A DNA stretch of 64,000 nucleotides, taken from a bacterium (lineage in GTDB: Bacteria; Electryoneota; Electryoneia; Electryoneales; Electryoneaceae). The notes under the pieces were generated by a model. It made no database searches, was not told where the DNA came from, and saw only the letters and a program-made list of their open reading frames with translations. Shown here one piece after another: positions 1 through 9,043 of the stretch. Within the stretch, counting starts at the first letter, position 1, and the number at the start of each line of letters is the position of its first letter. Both the position numbers and the translations under genes were made by a program. The stretch covers positions 8,339-72,338 of the forward strand of contig JAHLLH010000014.1 of assembly GCA_020444265.1 (NCBI GenBank), read 5' to 3'.

Positions 1-358
1 AATATTCTTCTCTCATCACTTCGGAGTAAGGTGCATATTTTTCCTGTTGTTCAATTATTATTTCAGCTATATCGGCCATTATCTCGCGAGGGGCAGTACT
101 TAATTGGCTGTATTCATTAAATAATACTATTATTATTAATTTATAAAGAGAATATTCAGCTTCTTCCAATATATCAACAATTCTATTCCTTTCCAATTCA
201 TTAGACGAGTACCTTGCCTCCAATGTATGGTAAAGCACTTCTGGGTACTCAAGCTCAGGATACATGCGTTGGATCTTATTGAACGTAACGGCCATAGCTT
301 TTGCGGTCGAACCGACTGAACCAAGACCGTGCTTAAGTATGAGTTTTCTTAATCCCAT
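1..358 (-). CDS. Hypothetical protein, AT-rich, runs off the left window edge
   Basis: Hand translation from ATG at 358: MGLRKLILKHGLGSVGSTAKAMAVTFNKIQRMYPELEY... with no stop down to base 1. Starts 2 nt after the stop of the upstream ORF. Not in the ORF track because it is truncated. Confidence 0.7.
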   Translation of the reverse strand, partial: MGLRKLILKHGLGSVGSTAKAMAVTFNKIQRMYPELEYPEVLYHTLEARYSSNELERNRIVDILEEAEYSLYKLIIIVLFNEYSQLSTAPREIMADIAEIIIEQQEKYAPYSEVMREEY

Positions 359-360
359 AT

Positions 361-768
361 TTACCAGGCCGGGGTGGGATGTTTGGTAACGGTATGCGGT
401 TCTTTGCGGAAGGCGAAGACATAGAGCCGTTGCCCGGCCCCCTCGCCCTCGTTGCCATCGGTCCCCATTTCCTGCTGGAAATAGGCGGCAATCCCTTCGG
501 CGGCATCGGAGGACAACGCTTTTCGGTAAATCCAGAGATCCTGCTCCTTCACCACTCTGTGGAGAGTAAAGAGGCTCACAGCGGGGTTGGTGGAGGCCGA
601 CACGAACCAGTCGCCGGGGTCGCCTCCGCCCACCGTGATGTAGGAAAGAATCTCTGCTTCGATGAGGTGTTCATCCTTACCCATGAGCCACCTCGAGTTA
701 AGGGGAATGGGCGTTACAGCAGAAAGATAAGCATTCTTAACAAGCTCTCGCACCAGATACTCGCTCAT
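361..768 (-). CDS. Hypothetical protein
   Basis: 135 aa ORF with plausible composition (DWFVS..NP..LF..H.V..DLWIYR, GTDG.EG..YVFAFRK). The true start may be the internal MGKDEH. Confidence 0.6.
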   Translation of the reverse strand: MSEYLVRELVKNAYLSAVTPIPLNSRWLMGKDEHLIEAEILSYITVGGGDPGDWFVSASTNPAVSLFTLHRVVKEQDLWIYRKALSSDAAEGIAAYFQQEMGTDGNEGEGAGQRLYVFAFRKEPHTVTKHPTPAW

Positions 769-1296
769 TTTTGGAACTTTCGTGGTTGAGGTCGGAGAAC
801 AGGTGAGAGAATGCGCTCAAACGGAGGCAGGGTCTGGAGTTGAGGGAAGAGGGTTTGGTAAGAGATGGTGACTGGTACACAAAGAGTGGATCGAGGGGAT
901 CTATCGACGTGCGGTTCTCTTGTCAGGTCGTGGATGACAGGTCGGCGACAAAGTGTACCTGTCACCGAACGTGAAAAAGCAAGCAGACACACTGCTTTCT
1001 CGTGACATGAAGAAACCCGGGCAAGCAAGATTGCCCGGGCCAACAGTACTAACCCCTCCAGACGCAAAGAACCCCCGGAGTATGGGGGGGGTTCCTCCGG
1101 GGGCTCGGTCGGACCGCCGAAGCAGTCCGAGACTCGTAATGCTATCGAAAACCAACGGGATTGGCTCCCGTGGTTTGCTCTCTAGCACTAGTATAAGGAG
1201 CCCCAAACTTTTTCGCAATTCCCTTCTATAAAGTTGTGCTCCTGAGAGGAGCTCTCCCCTCTCGCCAGCAGACTCTCGCGATATCAATGGGGCGTA

Positions 1297-1337
1297 TTGA
1301 CTACCAACTGCAAATATGTTACTCTTAGGTCACATAT
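1297..1337 (+). promoter_or_regulatory. Sigma70-like promoter overlapped by an ArsR-type operator
   Basis: TTGACT(1297-1302)-17 nt-TACTCT(1320-1325). Inverted repeat ATATGTTAC-N6-GTCACATAT (1314-1337) overlaps the -10 box and the ATG at 1336. Confidence 0.65.
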
Positions 1338-2130
1338 GAATAAAGCGCAGACCGACATCCTTTGGAAAGCCCTCTCGGACCCGACCCGTAGAGCCCTGCT
1401 TGACCTGTTGCGTGAAGGGCCACGTACCACCGGCGAGCTGTGCGAACCCTTCAGGGTCAGCCGCTTTGCGGTGATGAAGCACCTCACGGTACTGCGTGAC
1501 GCTGGCCTGGTCCTGGTTCGTCCGGAAGGACGCGAGCGTTGGCACTACCTGAACGCTCTGCCGATCCGTGACCTGCTGGACGGCTACATCGACCGTTACA
1601 GTGGCCAGTGGGCAGACCGGATGTTGGGATTGCGTGACGCAGTTGAAGGATTGAGCCGATCCCCCTACCCCCTGGAGGGACCCATGAAAGAACTGCACAT
1701 TGAGCAGGATGTTTTGATCCAGGCTACACCCGAGGAAGTCTTCGACAAGCTGACCGGCGATGTCACCAGCTGGTGGAACCACGGCTTCAGCGAATCGCCT
1801 CACGCGATCAAACTCGAACCGCATGTCGGAGGCCGCTTCTACGAGGAGTTCGGCGGCGAAGGCGATGGAGCGTTGTATTGTACCGTCACCTACGTGGACC
1901 GTCCCCACTCCCTGTCGATGCAGGGCTCGATGGGCATGCGTGAACCGGTCACCGGGTCGATCAAGTTCGAGCTGGAAAAGGAGGGTGATGGTACTCGTCT
2001 CAAACTCTCCCACCATGCCTTCGGTCTGATTGACGACGAGAAAGAAGCCAACTATACCGTCGGCTGGAAGGTACTGCTGGGGGAACGGCTGAAACGTCTC
2101 GTCGAGACGGGGAACGCCGAGGAGAACTGA
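1336..2130 (+). CDS. ArsR/SmtB HTH regulator fused to an SRPBCC (AHSA1-like) domain
   Basis: KALSDPTRRALLDLL..GEL..SRFAVMKHL.VL..AGLV..EGRER followed by a START-like domain ending GW..LL..LK..VE. Confidence 0.9.
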   Translation: MNKAQTDILWKALSDPTRRALLDLLREGPRTTGELCEPFRVSRFAVMKHLTVLRDAGLVLVRPEGRERWHYLNALPIRDLLDGYIDRYSGQWADRMLGLRDAVEGLSRSPYPLEGPMKELHIEQDVLIQATPEEVFDKLTGDVTSWWNHGFSESPHAIKLEPHVGGRFYEEFGGEGDGALYCTVTYVDRPHSLSMQGSMGMREPVTGSIKFELEKEGDGTRLKLSHHAFGLIDDEKEANYTVGWKVLLGERLKRLVETGNAEEN

Positions 2131-2193
2131 CGCGTCCCTTTTTTCCAAGAGGCAGCGATACCTCTCCTCGTACACTCTCGAGATACGTTTGCA

Positions 2194-2243
2194 TCCCAGA
2201 CAGTTTAAATCCCGCCGGGAGGCGGGATTTAAACTGTCTGGGA
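2194..2243. repeat. Perfect 23-bp inverted repeat with GGGA loop
   Basis: tcccagacagtttaaatcccgcc-ggga-ggcgggatttaaactgtctggga. Confidence 0.9.
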
Positions 2244-2277
2244 GAACTTGCAGGGGAACCAGATACAGGGAGATGCA

Positions 2278-2835
2278 ATGAATCGACTGCTCTTGTTGTT
2301 GATCGCCGGATGGTTGACGCTACCGACGCCATCATCCGCCGAGGTGAAAAAATTGCCAACCGACCAACTCGGTGCCTGGGTGTTGACCAACGAGGTGATG
2401 GTGCCCGGCACCCCGGAAGCGGCCTACGATGCCTTCACCGGCGACATCTCCCCATGGTGGGACCACAGTTTTTCCGGCGATCCGGCAGCCTTTTACATCG
2501 ATGCCCGTCCCGGTGGCGGGTTCTACGAGTGGTTCGACGAGGATTCGCAGGATGGTGTGTTGCACGCCACCGTCATCACCGCTATGCGTGGCAAGCTGCT
2601 CCGTCTCGATGGCCCCCTTGGCCTGTCGGGCCGTGCGTTGAACTTTGTCACCACCCTCGCCTTCGAAGCAGTGGAGGACAGTACCCGTCTCACGGCTGTC
2701 GTCCACTGCTCCGGCGAGATCGACTCCAGCCTCGCCTCGATTGTCGATGGTGTCTGGTACCATTTCATCGGCGAGCGGTTTAAACCGTGGTACGAAGATG
2801 GCGCGCAAGGCAAGAAGGAAATGCCTTTGCAATAA
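2278..2835 (+). CDS. Exported SRPBCC-domain protein
   Basis: Signal peptide MNRLLLLLIAGWLTLPTPSSA. Paralogous to the upstream SRPBCC domain (TGDISPWWDHSFS vs TGDVTSWWNHGFS; GGGFYE vs GGRFYE). Confidence 0.85.
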   Translation: MNRLLLLLIAGWLTLPTPSSAEVKKLPTDQLGAWVLTNEVMVPGTPEAAYDAFTGDISPWWDHSFSGDPAAFYIDARPGGGFYEWFDEDSQDGVLHATVITAMRGKLLRLDGPLGLSGRALNFVTTLAFEAVEDSTRLTAVVHCSGEIDSSLASIVDGVWYHFIGERFKPWYEDGAQGKKEMPLQ

Positions 2836-2851
2836 GAGGATATTGATGGGT

Positions 2852-2957
2852 TGCGGCAGGTCTCCCGACCTGCCGTATCCTCTGTCAGGTCGGGAGACCT
2901 GCCAGAACAACCTTGTCCCAACAACAAAAACCCCGGCATTGAATTGCCGGGGCCAGT
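2852..2957. repeat. REP-like palindrome cluster (caggtctcccgacctg / caggtcgggagacctg pair plus ccccggca-ttgaat-tgccgggg)
   Basis: The same doublet recurs at about 44528-44582 and 49498-49552. Confidence 0.8.
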
Positions 2958-2980
2958 AGAATCGTAAAGTAGGTTGCCGT

Positions 2981-4117
2981 CTACCCAAGCAGCGCGAGGA
3001 ACACCCCTGCTGCAACCGCCGACCCGATGACACCCGCCACATTCGGCCCCATCGCCGCCATCAAAGGGTTCACCTTGCCATCCGTCTCGCTCGAGACAAA
3101 ATTCTGCACGACACGAGCCGCCATCGGCACCGCCGAAACACCTGCTGCCCCGATACAGGGGTTGATCTTCTTCTCTTTCGGCAACAACAGGTTGATCAGC
3201 TTCGCGAAAATCACACCACCAGCCGTCGAGAACCCGAAGGCCACCACACCGAGCACGAGGATTTTAATCGTCTCGACTCGCAGGAAGTTCTCCGCGCCCA
3301 TGGTCGCACCGATGGTGATGCCGAGGAAGATGGTGACAATGTCAATCAGCGCGCCTCCGGCGGTCTTCTTCAAGCGGTCGGTGACCCCACTTTCACGCAG
3401 CATGTTGCCGAACATCAGCATGCCCAACAGCGGAGCGCTGGCGGGGATACCGAGGATGGCGACAATACCGGTCACCACCGGGAAAATGATCACCGCAGTC
3501 CGTGATACCGGCTTCGCCTGCGGCATGTCGATCTGACGTTCCTTCTTCGTGGTCAGCAGACGAATAATCGGCGGCTGTATCACCGGAACGAGGGCCATGT
3601 AGCTGTAGGCCGCTACCGCAATCGCACCCAAAAGGTGCGGCGCGAGCTTGATCGCGAGGAAAATCGAGGTCGGACCATCGGCACCGCCGATGATGCCAAT
3701 CGCCGCCGATTCCTGCAGGGTGAAGCCCATCAGGTAGAAGGCGCCGAGTGCCGTCATGAAAATGCCGAGCTGCGCCGCCGCACCCAGAAGGAAGGTGAAG
3801 GGACGGCTCAACAGCGGACGGAAATCAGTCAGTACCCCGACACCCATAAAAATGATGGGCGGCAGCAATTCGGTCTTGATCCCGTTCTCGTAAATGGTTT
3901 GCAGCAACCCATGCTCTACCTCCATCCCCGCCATCATGTAGGAGAGGGGGAGGTTGGCGAGGATCGCGCCAAACCCGATCGGGATCAGCAGCAACGGTTC
4001 GAAATTTTTCTTGATCGCGAGGTAGATGAGCACCCCGCCGATCAGAATCATCACGAAGTTGCCGACCGACAAGTGGGCAAACCCGGAGGCCTGAATCAGT
4101 TGATTGAAAGTCGTCAT
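2981..4117 (-). CDS. oadB: Na+-translocating decarboxylase beta subunit
   Basis: FEPLLLIPIGFGAILANLP, IGIIGGADGPT, AIAVAAYSYMALVP, GVSAVPMAARV, AMGPNVAGVIGSA signatures. Confidence 0.95.
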   Translation of the reverse strand: MTTFNQLIQASGFAHLSVGNFVMILIGGVLIYLAIKKNFEPLLLIPIGFGAILANLPLSYMMAGMEVEHGLLQTIYENGIKTELLPPIIFMGVGVLTDFRPLLSRPFTFLLGAAAQLGIFMTALGAFYLMGFTLQESAAIGIIGGADGPTSIFLAIKLAPHLLGAIAVAAYSYMALVPVIQPPIIRLLTTKKERQIDMPQAKPVSRTAVIIFPVVTGIVAILGIPASAPLLGMLMFGNMLRESGVTDRLKKTAGGALIDIVTIFLGITIGATMGAENFLRVETIKILVLGVVAFGFSTAGGVIFAKLINLLLPKEKKINPCIGAAGVSAVPMAARVVQNFVSSETDGKVNPLMAAMGPNVAGVIGSAVAAGVFLALLG

Positions 4118-4121
4118 CGGC

Positions 4122-5978
4122 TTAGCTCGGCTGAATGGTCATGATCGGCTTGGTCTTGCTCACATCATCGCCGATGTTGACATGCACCTCCTGGACCGTG
4201 CCAGCGACCGGAGCCTTCACCGCGTGGTTCGCTTTCATCGCCTCAACTTCGGCAACCTTCTGGCCTGCGGTCACCGTATCCCCCGCCTTGACAAAGAGAT
4301 CGACCACAGGTGAATCACCATCAAACGGGCTCATCACCTTTATACCGCCCGCCGCCGGAGCAGCAGTCGCTGCGGGCAGGGCTGCAGCAGGAGCGGCACC
4401 ACCACCGGGCATTTCGATGGTGACATTGAAGTTCCGTTCGACACCGTTCTCAACCACCTTGATATTGCTGACCACCGGACCGGCGGGCATCGCCGGGGCA
4501 CCGGCTGCGGGTGCTGCCGCAGGTGCGGCGGCCGGGGCCGGTTCTTCTTTCTTCTTCAACGGCAGGTCGATTTTCGGCTTGCCTGACAGCAGACGGATAC
4601 CCTCGTTCAGTTCCATCTTCTTGCCGGGAACCATTGCCGCAGCTACGAGGAAGACCGACTTCTCATCGGTGGGCAGGCCACGTTCCTCGAGCGCCTTCTT
4701 CGCTTCGGGCAGCACATCCGGCGCCTTCTCGAGCGGGTCGGTGTCAAGCACTGGCAGGTCGAGCTGTTCGCTGGCGATCTTTACGACTTCCGGGTCGCTG
4801 GGCAACGGAGTCTGGCCGAAGTAGCCGAGGACCGATTTGCCATACCCTGGATCGATTTTTTTCCAACGGCCGTAGAGCACATTGTTGAAGGCTTGCAGCC
4901 AATACTGCTGGCTACCCGGGGTAACCGAGGTCCAGGCACCGCCTGCTTCGACCACCACCGGGAATTCTTCGAGGACTTCGCTGTAACGGTCCAGGATCCC
5001 AGCCTTGACCATCATGTGGACATTCGGCCCAATCGCGCCGCCCGGCATCGGGAAGCCAACCACTCGTGCATCGGCGCTGGTCACCACGGGATTGAAGACA
5101 TAGTCGCTCAGCCCCTTGGTCAGAATATCCTCGATTTCACCCATCTTGCCAGCATCAACATCCAGCGAATAGCCGGTCCCCTTAAGCGCGTGCGCCATGG
5201 AACGGACATCCGGCTGGACGGTCCCGCTGGCGAGCGGACGGACCGACAGGTCAACGCCATCGGCGCCGCCTTCGATCGCGGCCATGTAGCAGGCGACTGC
5301 GGTTGATGCCGTGTCATGGGTATGTGCCCAGAGCGGTACTTCCGGCGGCAGGATCTTGCGAATTCCCTTGGCAGTTTCGTAGACCACCTGCGGCGGGGTG
5401 GTGCCGGAAGCATCCTTCATGCAGAGGCTGTCGAAATGGACGCCACTGTCGATGATCTTCTGCGCAATGTTGATGTAAAATTCCGGGGTGTGCGCCTTGG
5501 TCGAGATGAAGGGCAGCCCCATAAAGGCGACACAGACCTGGTGATGCATCCCGGCATCGACAATCGGCTGGCCGGTTTTCATCAGCAGGTTGACATCGTT
5601 CATAAAGTCAAAGTTGCGGTCCCAGGTGGTCCCATACTGTTTGTGCAACTTCGCCTGCAGCGAGAGCGCCTTGATGTTCTGGCCGGTCAGGGTGACGCCG
5701 GAGATGGAACGGGTCAAAATCTGCAGATCAGCTTCCGGGCCGACGACATCCCGCATCTTCTGCATCGTCTCAAAAGGATCTTCGCCGACATAGAAGTAGG
5801 GTGCCTGGTAACGGGCCCCGCCACCAAATTCGAAGTGCTTGATCCCGGCGGCGGCGGACGCCTCCATGGCCGGCTTGATGTCCTCGAAGCGGGTCTTGCC
5901 GCCGAACATCGACTGTAGACCGTCACGGAACGGCGTGAACATCACTCGAATCGTCTTGGGCTTCTCTGCGTAAATCAT
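4122..5978 (-). CDS. oadA: Oxaloacetate decarboxylase alpha / pyruvate carboxylase B-type subunit with biotin carrier domain
   Basis: FRDGLQS, KDASG, HTHDT, MPGG and VTPGSQ carboxyltransferase motifs, Ala/Pro linker, C-terminal EAMKA biotinyl domain. Lies between oadG and oadB. Confidence 0.88.
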   Translation of the reverse strand: MIYAEKPKTIRVMFTPFRDGLQSMFGGKTRFEDIKPAMEASAAAGIKHFEFGGGARYQAPYFYVGEDPFETMQKMRDVVGPEADLQILTRSISGVTLTGQNIKALSLQAKLHKQYGTTWDRNFDFMNDVNLLMKTGQPIVDAGMHHQVCVAFMGLPFISTKAHTPEFYINIAQKIIDSGVHFDSLCMKDASGTTPPQVVYETAKGIRKILPPEVPLWAHTHDTASTAVACYMAAIEGGADGVDLSVRPLASGTVQPDVRSMAHALKGTGYSLDVDAGKMGEIEDILTKGLSDYVFNPVVTSADARVVGFPMPGGAIGPNVHMMVKAGILDRYSEVLEEFPVVVEAGGAWTSVTPGSQQYWLQAFNNVLYGRWKKIDPGYGKSVLGYFGQTPLPSDPEVVKIASEQLDLPVLDTDPLEKAPDVLPEAKKALEERGLPTDEKSVFLVAAAMVPGKKMELNEGIRLLSGKPKIDLPLKKKEEPAPAAAPAAAPAAGAPAMPAGPVVSNIKVVENGVERNFNVTIEMPGGGAAPAAALPAATAAPAAGGIKVMSPFDGDSPVVDLFVKAGDTVTAGQKVAEVEAMKANHAVKAPVAGTVQEVHVNIGDDVSKTKPIMTIQPS

Positions 5979-6187
5979 TGTTTCTCCTCAATACGAGTCA
6001 CCTGGGCGCCCGGAAAATGATGGTTCACCGCGGCATCGATGGCCGCGACAACAATAGCATCCACACTGTGTTTCGCAACAGGAAACAGGCGGGTGATCAA
6101 TTGCATGACAAAGGCTAACAGGGTCAGAAGTGCGAAGACGGAGATGAAGGCAGTAGCACAAATCGTCGCCAAATCAAGCTGGGGCAT
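5975..6187 (-). CDS. oadG: Decarboxylase gamma subunit (OadG family)
   Basis: 70 aa, one TM helix, IVVAAIDAAV motif, ATGA overlap with oadA. Confidence 0.8.
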   Translation of the reverse strand: MPQLDLATICATAFISVFALLTLLAFVMQLITRLFPVAKHSVDAIVVAAIDAAVNHHFPGAQVTRIEEKQ

Positions 6188-6498
6188 CAGGTTGCCCTCC
6201 TCCTGGGTTGATGGTTTCAGCCCGGATCAATTATAGGGTGAAGAATACAGACTTTTTCCAGCCCTTTTCAACACGCAGGAGTGCCTAACTTGCACTTTTT
6301 TGAACAAAGTCTGTGTCCCGTCTCCCCGGGCACGGACGGCCTTTCACAAGACGACTAATATAATAAACCAATTGGAATTAGCGAGAGACGAGAGGGAGAT
6401 GTTTCGGGATTATAGTTGGGGAGCGGCGTGCCATGATTTGCCGATCGGGTGGCCCAACTTGCGAGCAAGTCGCGTAGATTCATTCAGGCCGGATAGAA

Positions 6499-6528
6499 GT
6501 GGCTTGGGTGCCCCGTCACCCAAGCATG
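6499..6528. repeat. REP-like palindrome gtggcttgggtgccccgtcacccaagc
   Basis: Reverse-complement copy at about 57763-57790; degenerate copy at about 9832-9890. Confidence 0.75.
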
Positions 6529-6693
6529 CCCATCAGCACGGTACTGCATCGCCCATGGGCTACTGCTGGTGAACAAACAGGATCGGGCCAGAGTGTAGCA
6601 CGGGCATCCTGCCCGTGCATCGCGCCAAGGCGCGACGGGGTTGTATCTTTCTTCGGTAAAAGAAACCCGGCATGGACAATTTGGACACTTCTG

Positions 6694-7785
6694 ATGGAAA
6701 CCCTGCTCAAAGACCGTTTTTTCAACCCGACCAGCCTGGCAACGTTTGCCGGTGAGATCGGGAAGCACTGTTCCGAGTTTGACCCGGAAACCTTTGTGGC
6801 GGCTGTCCAGTCCGGCGACTGGAAGGATCTCGAGCTGAAGCAACGGATGCGTCGCACGACCGAGGTGCTACACCGTACCCTGGACCGTCCCTATGCGGAG
6901 GCCTTGCCCATCCTGATGGACGCAGCGCCGGAGATTACCGGCTTCGAGGCGATGGTGCTGCCGGACTATGTCGAGGTCTACGGGCTCGAGGATTGGGACC
7001 GTTCCCTGCCCGCGCTGAAACACTTCACACGCTACTCCTCCTCCGAATTCGCCATCCGTCCCTACCTGAACGCCGATTTAGACCGTGCGATGGGGTTGAT
7101 GCGGGAGTGCGCGGGGGATGAGCATGAGAATGTGCGACGATTTGCCAGTGAGGGGTGCCGTCCGAGGTTGCCCTGGGCGGCGGCGGTGCCTGAGCTGAAA
7201 CGCGACCCCTCCCCCATCCTGCCCATCCTGGAGAGGTTGAAAGATGACCCATCAGAGTTTGTGCGGCGGTCCGTCGCCAACAACCTGAACGACATCTCGA
7301 AGGATTTCCCGGAACTGGTCCTTGAGATCGCCGGACGGTGGCACGGCACCTCGACCAACACCGACAAGCTACTCAAGCACGCGCTCCGTACCCTGCTGAA
7401 ACAGGGCAACACCACCGCCCTCGCCTTTTTCGGCACCGCCGACACAACCGGCCTGAGCATTGAGAACTATTCCCTCGGCACCGACCGCATCCAGATCGGT
7501 GGCGACGGCCGTTTGTCCTTCGAGCTAATCGTGGAGGGATCCAACCCGAAACAAGTGCGCCTCGAGTACGCGGTCTACTATGTCAAGGCCAACGGCGGCA
7601 CCTACAAAAAGGTCTTCAAGATCGCCGAAAAAGAATTCCCCCAAGGCCGTCACGAAATCACCCGCAAGTACCACTTCCAAAACCTCACCACCCGCAAGCA
7701 TTACCCCGGCGAGCATGTGATCGCCGTGCATGTGAATGGGGTGGAGATGGGGAGACGTAACCTGGTGTTGTTAGCTACTAAATAG
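6694..7785 (+). CDS. DNA alkylation repair protein (AlkC/AlkD-like HEAT-repeat family)
   Basis: LELKQR, SSEFAIRPY, VRRFASEGCRPRLPW, DPSEFVRRSVANNLNDISKD, C-terminal Ig-like TTRKHYPG domain. Confidence 0.9.
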   Translation: METLLKDRFFNPTSLATFAGEIGKHCSEFDPETFVAAVQSGDWKDLELKQRMRRTTEVLHRTLDRPYAEALPILMDAAPEITGFEAMVLPDYVEVYGLEDWDRSLPALKHFTRYSSSEFAIRPYLNADLDRAMGLMRECAGDEHENVRRFASEGCRPRLPWAAAVPELKRDPSPILPILERLKDDPSEFVRRSVANNLNDISKDFPELVLEIAGRWHGTSTNTDKLLKHALRTLLKQGNTTALAFFGTADTTGLSIENYSLGTDRIQIGGDGRLSFELIVEGSNPKQVRLEYAVYYVKANGGTYKKVFKIAEKEFPQGRHEITRKYHFQNLTTRKHYPGEHVIAVHVNGVEMGRRNLVLLATK

Positions 7786-7846
7786 CAGCTAACTTTTCGG
7801 TTATTATGGAGATAAAATACATACTTTTTGACTACTATTTACAGTA

Positions 7847-8368
7847 TCACCTTCTGGCTGATTCTCTAAGTTTATTTATGGCTTTCGATGACCCATCAAG
7901 TGAAAACCTAAAATACACACTGCCTTGACCATATATTTTTATCTCAATCAAACAAGTATTATACTTTCCTATCTTGCTGATAACACTGCTATCAGTCACA
8001 AAGTGAAGAAACTTAGATCCATAATCATGCGTCATTTGTACTTCTTCTATTTTGTCATCCCATTTTATTCTTGTTTTTATAAGTTCATAAGCCGCCATCG
8101 CTTTAGCATCTTCAAGATTTGGATCACTGGTAAGACCAATATATACCCATTCGTTATTTCCATCTGTTCCAATTCCGAGCCATGATTGTAGATCATTGTA
8201 TGGAAAGTCGAGTTTACGAGTTGGTTTGATTTCATCTGATGATAAGTACCATGTTGCAACATTTGTCATTTCATCTACAGATGAAGATGTATTCCAACCG
8301 GCCATAGCTGTATTCATACTTAATACTATCACTACAACGACAGAAAACACAAATCTATCTATACTCAT
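7847..8368 (-). CDS. AT-rich exported hypothetical protein
   Basis: GGAGG RBS, signal peptide ending AMA, W..S.DEMT and F.LDGS..AI..L pattern. GC far below the flanks. Confidence 0.75.
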   Translation of the reverse strand: MSIDRFVFSVVVVIVLSMNTAMAGWNTSSSVDEMTNVATWYLSSDEIKPTRKLDFPYNDLQSWLGIGTDGNNEWVYIGLTSDPNLEDAKAMAAYELIKTRIKWDDKIEEVQMTHDYGSKFLHFVTDSSVISKIGKYNTCLIEIKIYGQGSVYFRFSLDGSSKAINKLRESARR

Positions 8369-8411
8369 AATACCTCCAACAGTAATCAAATACTCAATCC
8401 TATCGTATCTG

Positions 8412-8632
8412 TCATTTCAACATCTCTTCCCCATCAATATCCGCATCCCTCAGAATCGACTTCAGAACCTTGGGTGCAGAATTTTTCCCGCATGAAATGG
8501 GACAGTCACGCGTTGGCCAGCTTCATTTTTCAGAATGAGATGGCTACCACTTGATCGCACTTGAGCAAATCCACGCTTCTCGAGGATGTGCAGGATTTCG
8601 CGGGCAGTGATACGTGGCAGTTTCGGACTCAC
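8412..8632 (-). pseudogene. hicA: HicA-family toxin with a 1-nt frameshift
   Basis: GTG start overlapping the hicB stop. MSPKLPRITAREILHILEKRGFAQVRSSGSHLILKNEAGQRVTVPFHAGKILHP then RF-stop at 8462-8464. The shifted frame gives KVLKSILRDADIDGEEMLK-stop at 8412. Confidence 0.85.
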
Positions 8633-8853
8633 ACCGCCACCTCAAGTGTAGTCAGGCTGAGGGATTCCATCTTGGGAATGGGTTCGCCCGCCTCCAGACG
8701 ATCTTCAAGGTGCAGACGGATGGCATCCTTCAGGTTTGCGACAACTTCCTCATAGGAATCGCCCTGTGTGTAGCAACCGTCCAGTTCGGGCACTCGTGCA
8801 AACCAGCCGTCCTCGTCTTTCTCGATGACAGCAGTGAATTTATAGTCAGCCAT
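8629..8853 (-). CDS. hicB: HicB-family antitoxin
   Basis: GGAGG RBS. FTAVIEKDEDGWFARVPELDGCYTQGDSYEE...NLKDAI.L.LE..GEPIP. Confidence 0.92.
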   Translation of the reverse strand: MADYKFTAVIEKDEDGWFARVPELDGCYTQGDSYEEVVANLKDAIRLHLEDRLEAGEPIPKMESLSLTTLEVAV

Positions 8854-8937
8854 TAATCCTCCGAGGGTAACGTCATACAAGATGGCCATGATTTCTGGCT
8901 GAATCAATTGTGATCAATGTTTTCCCGCACGTATGAC

Positions 8938-9043
8938 GTTAGTTCCAGACAGTCTCGAATTTTGCAACGAGTGCAGACTCATCTACCTCTCGCCAGCATC
9001 CAGCTCTTTCTATCTATCAACCTCGGAGACTGTCTGGAATAAC
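8938..9043. mobile_element. 106-bp MITE-like hairpin element, copy A
   Basis: gttagttccagacagtctc...gagactgtctggaataac terminal inverted repeats with a 1-nt bulge. Confidence 0.65.

Noticed and set aside
770..1290. ORFs 765-1067, 901-1287 and 953-1231
   Set aside because: The region is made of palindromic repeats, and the translations lack protein-like features.
6499..6693. N-terminal extensions in the ORF track (also 60418-60723, 30328-30396, 52748-52876)
   Set aside because: They run through REP elements or neighbouring genes; downstream starts have a better RBS or signal peptide.
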